In this document: piece after piece, positions 62,646 through 64,000 of the stretch
How positions within the stretch are numbered: position 1 is the stretch's first letter
Layout of the letters: each line of letters starts with the position of its first letter
NCBI RefSeq assembly: GCF_024521635.1
Contig: NW_026250414.1
Span: 186,001 to 250,000, forward strand
Origin: Tricharina praecox
Taxonomy: Eukaryota
Length of the DNA stretch: 64,000 bases
Direction of reading: 5' to 3'
The notes under the pieces: model-generated
What the model was told of the DNA's origin: nothing
Database searches by the model: none
Seen by the model: only the letters and a program-made list of their open reading frames with translations
Translations under genes and position numbers: made by a program

Positions 62646-63680
62646 TCACAGCTTCGCGAACGTCGCCTTCTTCTTCTGCATGGTAGCCTGGATGGCAATC
62701 GCCGGATCTGGCGCTTGTATCGCCGCCGCGTTCCAGACCGCCGTGTAATCCAGTCCTATAGGCACCGGTACCGATCAGCCAACCCGCAACGACTCAATCC
62801 CAACACTCCGTCGAGCAGCAGCAGCAGTGCACATACCTTCCTGCGTAGTATGATCGACCGAGTAATTAACCAGCGCCTTAGTGCCCTGTACGCCGAGGGG
62901 CGACTTCTCCGCCATGAGGCGTGCAGTCTTGAGCGCCTCGGCGACCGCCTGCTCCTTTCCGGGGAGCGCCCTACTAACGAAGCCGACGCTGACGGCCTCC
63001 TCGGAGCCCCAGACGCGAGCCGTCAAGGCCACCTCGCGGACCCAGCTGCCGCACCCCACGACCTTCGGCAGGCGCGTCAGCGTGCCAATATCTGCGGCTA
63101 TTCCTATATCCACCTCCTTAACGCAGAATCTAGTGTCGGCAGCACACAGGCGCACGTCCGCGCAGCACGCTATGTCGATCGCGAGTCCGTACGCGATCCC
63201 GTGCAGCACTGCGATCACAGGCTTCTCGCATGCTGCCGCCGCGCCGATACAGTCCTGGAACTCGCGGATGTGCCGCCGCAGCGCGAACGCACGCCGCGCT
63301 GGGTCCATGCCCCCACCGCCCCCGCCCCCGCCCCCGCTGCTGTTGCTGCTGCTGCTGGTGGATGAGGTCAGCTCCGGCGCGGAGGTGATGTCTAGTCCGC
63401 TGCAGAATGCGCGGTCGCCCGCCCCGGATAACACGATCGCTCGCACGGAGGCGTCGACCGAGAGCGCGCGGAAGAGCTGCCCGTATTCGAGCCACATCCT
63501 GTGAGTGTCAGCGGGGTGAAGAGGGAGTGCGCGCGCGCGGCTAAGGACGGACTGGACGCACTCTTGGTGGAACGCATTGAGCTTCGCGGGCCGGTTGATC
63601 TCGACGTGCGCGACGTGCGCGGACGGCATGCTCACGTTGAAGTGCTTGTATGTTGCGTAGTCGGTCATGGTCGCGGTCAT
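62646..63680 (-). CDS. Peroxisomal delta3,5-delta2,4-dienoyl-CoA isomerase (crotonase family, ECH1-like)
   Basis: INRPAKLNAF, FCSGLD, KPVIAVLHGIAYGLAID, KEVDIGIAADIGTLTRLPK; exons ~63680-63562, 63498-62837, 62755-62646 ending in PTS1 AKL; start could be 63668. Confidence 0.9.
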
Positions 63681-64000
63681 GGTCGCGGTGAGGTGATGTG
63701 AGGGTAATGGAATGGTAGATTTCTGGATATATTGCTGTATGTAGTTATGAGGTATGTGAGGTGAGATATGCGTGAAGTTTGAACTGTGACGGTTGATGTT
63801 GAGACCACGTCCGTCTCCAGAGGCCACAGCTATGTACCACTAGTAGTATACCTAGCATGAGAGCTCACCACCACCACCACTCGGCCTCGGCTCGGCAGGG
63901 CTTCATGTGACACAGCCGTCGGGCCAGCAGCCTACCTACTACCGGTATACATGTGTACCCACTCCACGAAGCACATGTTCAGTCCAGTCCAGTCGACATT

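Overview
Eukaryotic, intron-rich DNA from a filamentous ascomycete (Pezizomycotina; a Pezizomycetes-like lineage is my guess from intron style and SSR-rich spacers). About 21 protein-coding genes can be supported. In order: 3' end of the cell-wall-integrity MAPK (Slt2/MpkA), ISWI remodeller, HAPSTR1/YJR056C-like protein, DUF218-like protein, single-pass Mid2-like membrane protein, RACK1/Cpc2 with an intronic U24 C/D snoRNA, SRAP/HMCES, Mgr3-like TPR protein, a spliced 83-aa Cys/His microprotein not in the ORF track, a ~1280-aa histone-fold/'DFLxxTxPP'-repeat protein, an isochorismatase-AlkB-GST triple fusion, a tandem CCCH protein, XRCC2-like Rad51 paralogue, TAF8, COX9, TOM70, U1-C, CGI121, MED1, GUF1 and peroxisomal dienoyl-CoA isomerase. 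Non-coding items: a 640-bp Tc1/mariner-type MITE (TA TSD, 27-bp TIRs), a decayed tandem duplication with intron signals, many microsatellites, a strongly over-represented intergenic octamer GTAGAGTA, and a candidate structured ncRNA upstream of RACK1. No CRISPR, tRNA or rRNA gene was seen. Exon boundaries were inferred by eye and product calls come from remembered family motifs, not database searches.
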